From: Girardia tigrina
Lineage: Eukaryota
NCBI GenBank assembly: GCA_001938485.1
Contig: MQRK01229401.1
Span: forward strand, 11,579-61,424
Direction of reading: 5' to 3'
DNA: 49,846 nucleotides
The first letter of the stretch is position 1, and the number at the start of each line of letters is the position of its first letter. Position numbers and translations under genes: made by a program. This document shows positions 47,730 to 49,846 of the stretch, one piece after another. The notes under the pieces were generated by a model. The model did not search any database, was not told the origin of the DNA, and saw only the letters and a list, made by a program, of their open reading frames with translations.

Positions 47730-49846
47730 ATATAAGGGAACGGTCGTCTTCTGATACGTCACCAGGATCCTTGTGGTGCCCCGTCCTAGCACCCAGAAAA
47801 GAGTTGACGACCCTAACAAAGGATAATTAATTAAAAAAATCCGATAAAAATAAATAAATCACCTGTAGGGCAATCCGTTGGACCTTCGGGGCCAGCCGAC
47901 CCTTCAGCGGAAGGTCCTGACGAAATCTGTAATTGGAGGACACCCACGAGTTCGTAGCAGGACCAGGAGCAAAGATATAACCCTGTAAAATAGAAAGAAA
48001 TTAATTAATAAGTACAAAGAAATTAATTAATAACTCACATGATCTAGGCCTCAATCTAAAAATAGCGCGGTGGCCTCATATGACCGCACACCGATTTCTG
48101 ACGTCGATGTATGTAAATCGACACACAGTCGCCAAATCCTATAGTAAAAAACAAAAATATCAAAAATTGCAAAAATCTAAATGACCTACATATTTGACCA
48201 TCCAATCGAAGAACTGGAAGAACCAGACGGCCCCGATCATTGGAGGAGTTTGGAGTCGGCGTGTCATCCTGTAAGTATAAAAGAAATAGTTAAAAAACGC
48301 AAATCGCAAAAAAAAACAAAATAAAAAACAACAACAACAAAGAAAAAGAAATTGAAATTGAAGCCCACGAAAACACAAATACGAAACAACAACGACAACT
48401 CAAAAACAAGAACACAAACACACGACATTAGAAAATCAAGAGCGCAACGCGAAAACCCGAAGTTTAAACGATCGACAATCATTTTACTCTCGACCGCAGG
48501 ATTTCAAAAAATGTAAAGGAAAAATTTTATTTTATTTGCTGTTATAATTGGATATTAATAATAATATTTTCTAACATTTTATTTGGTTTCATTTATTTAC
48601 TTTAAGCGTTTACTTTTATGATATTATATCTAATTTTTATTTACTTATTTTAAACATTTATCGGCTCAATTTAAAGTAAGGGAGTCACCTTAAGTTCCGT
48701 CGTCGTCCACCGTCATCCTCGTCATGGCAGAATCATTAGGAGGCACAGGCGCGCCGTCCGAGAATAGCGACGCCCCGTCGCTCGAGATCATCGAGGTGCG
48801 CTCCATCTCGATGTCAGNNNNNNNNNNNNNNNNNNNNNNNNNNNNNNNNNNNNNNNNNNNNNNNNNNNNNNNAACGACATTACCGAGGGATTGTATAGAA
48901 TCGACCTCGTTTAATGGACTACGTTGTTGAATGTGTACAGTTATGTTTAGATTGTATTAGTGTATTCAAACAAATGAGATAGGATATTGATTTATATCTA
49001 ATAAAAAATTTTTTCTTTAGAACGTTACTGGTTATCTTATTTTGACCGAATTCTAATAGTGATTTTAAATTTTTCTGAGTTAATTTTACGATATTTTATT
49101 TTTAAGTTGCGTTTTAATAACTTTTATAATTTCGGGATATTGAACGGTGAATTTTAGAATTCAGAATTAATTTAGAGGTATTTTCGTAATTAACTGAGAT
49201 TTGATAGTTTAGGACGAATTTCACGATTTATTCAGAGAGTAATTTCCTGATGAAATTCCATTAATTACATGTTGGATTTCGATTTTGAAGTTATAGTTTT
49301 AAACAGATATTTAATTGATTGCAAATCTATTTCACCGAATTTAAATTGTTAATTTTATTAATTTGAGTCAAACGAATTATAGATAAAATGATATTATAAG
49401 TTTTGTCGAATTAAAGTTAGAATTCTGCTCCTCCTGTAGAAACAATTTCCCTCTGAAGTCCGTTCTATAATTACGATTAATATATCTCGAACAATCGTTT
49501 ATTTTGATACTAACTTTGAAGGGAAAAGCAAAATTAGCGCAGTGAATTTCGAAAGATTTACCAATAAATAGTTTTATTATAAAGATGAAAATGGGCCAGC
49601 GGGAGCCTAAGAGTTTAGCAAATTGCGAATCCATACGGGTTAAAATTTGAAGTAAATTGAGTTATATAGGCAGGGGAGTAGGGTACGCAGAGCTGTTGTC
49701 GAGTATGGGTCTCCTGGAGTTATAATGCTCATTAATAGTGACTTTTTATGATATACTTTTCCTAGTTATGTAACAACACCCACAGTGCCACAAGTTAGTA
49801 AAGATACAACATACAAACGCAATAAGTCGCATTCAAACACAACAAT
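47730..49846. other. Copy 2 of the unidentified ~2-kb module (runs off the window end)
   Basis: Minus introns 47983-48038 and 47813-47862 around a 120-bp exon; plus ORF 48724 with LEIIEVRSISMS; CACAGTGCCACAAGT at 49781. Confidence 0.5.

Noticed and set aside
49247-49295. CTGATGA followed by a hairpin as a hammerhead ribozyme (also GAAACATC on the minus strand near 32990)
   Set aside because: The second conserved core is missing or misplaced in each case

Overview
AT-rich animal (invertebrate-type) nuclear DNA, standard genetic code, with GT-AG introns of about 43-56 bp and several N gaps. It is not prokaryotic: no rRNA, tRNA or CRISPR seen. The window is dominated by decayed, nested transposons. 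These are four mariner pieces, Tc1 remnants, and a Ty3/gypsy LTR element (13982-~26480) holding an RTE-like LINE and a TSD-flanked hAT (18823-25695). The hAT in turn holds a ~2.9-kb cassette with an intact intronless USP deubiquitinase, itself hit by a small Helitron. A near-identical inverted USP cassette lies at 39271-~42400 and a third USP fragment at 45332-45560. Genes reconstructed by hand and missed or only partly shown by the ORF track: (i) a 75-aa two-exon neuropeptide precursor (42718->34807, minus) predicted to release two W-[FY]-S-G-Y-amide peptides that I cannot assign to a known family, with a 7.7-kb intron containing the second USP cassette; (ii) C-type lectin exons (EPN motif, TM segment). 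Other signals: an LTR packed with RFX X-boxes and CCAAT boxes, an HDV-like ribozyme remnant at the LINE 5' end, a degenerate hammerhead motif, a TRAPPC5-like chimeric ORF, and two diverged copies of an unexplained ~2-kb spliced module at the window ends. All alignments and translations were done by eye; no database searches were run.
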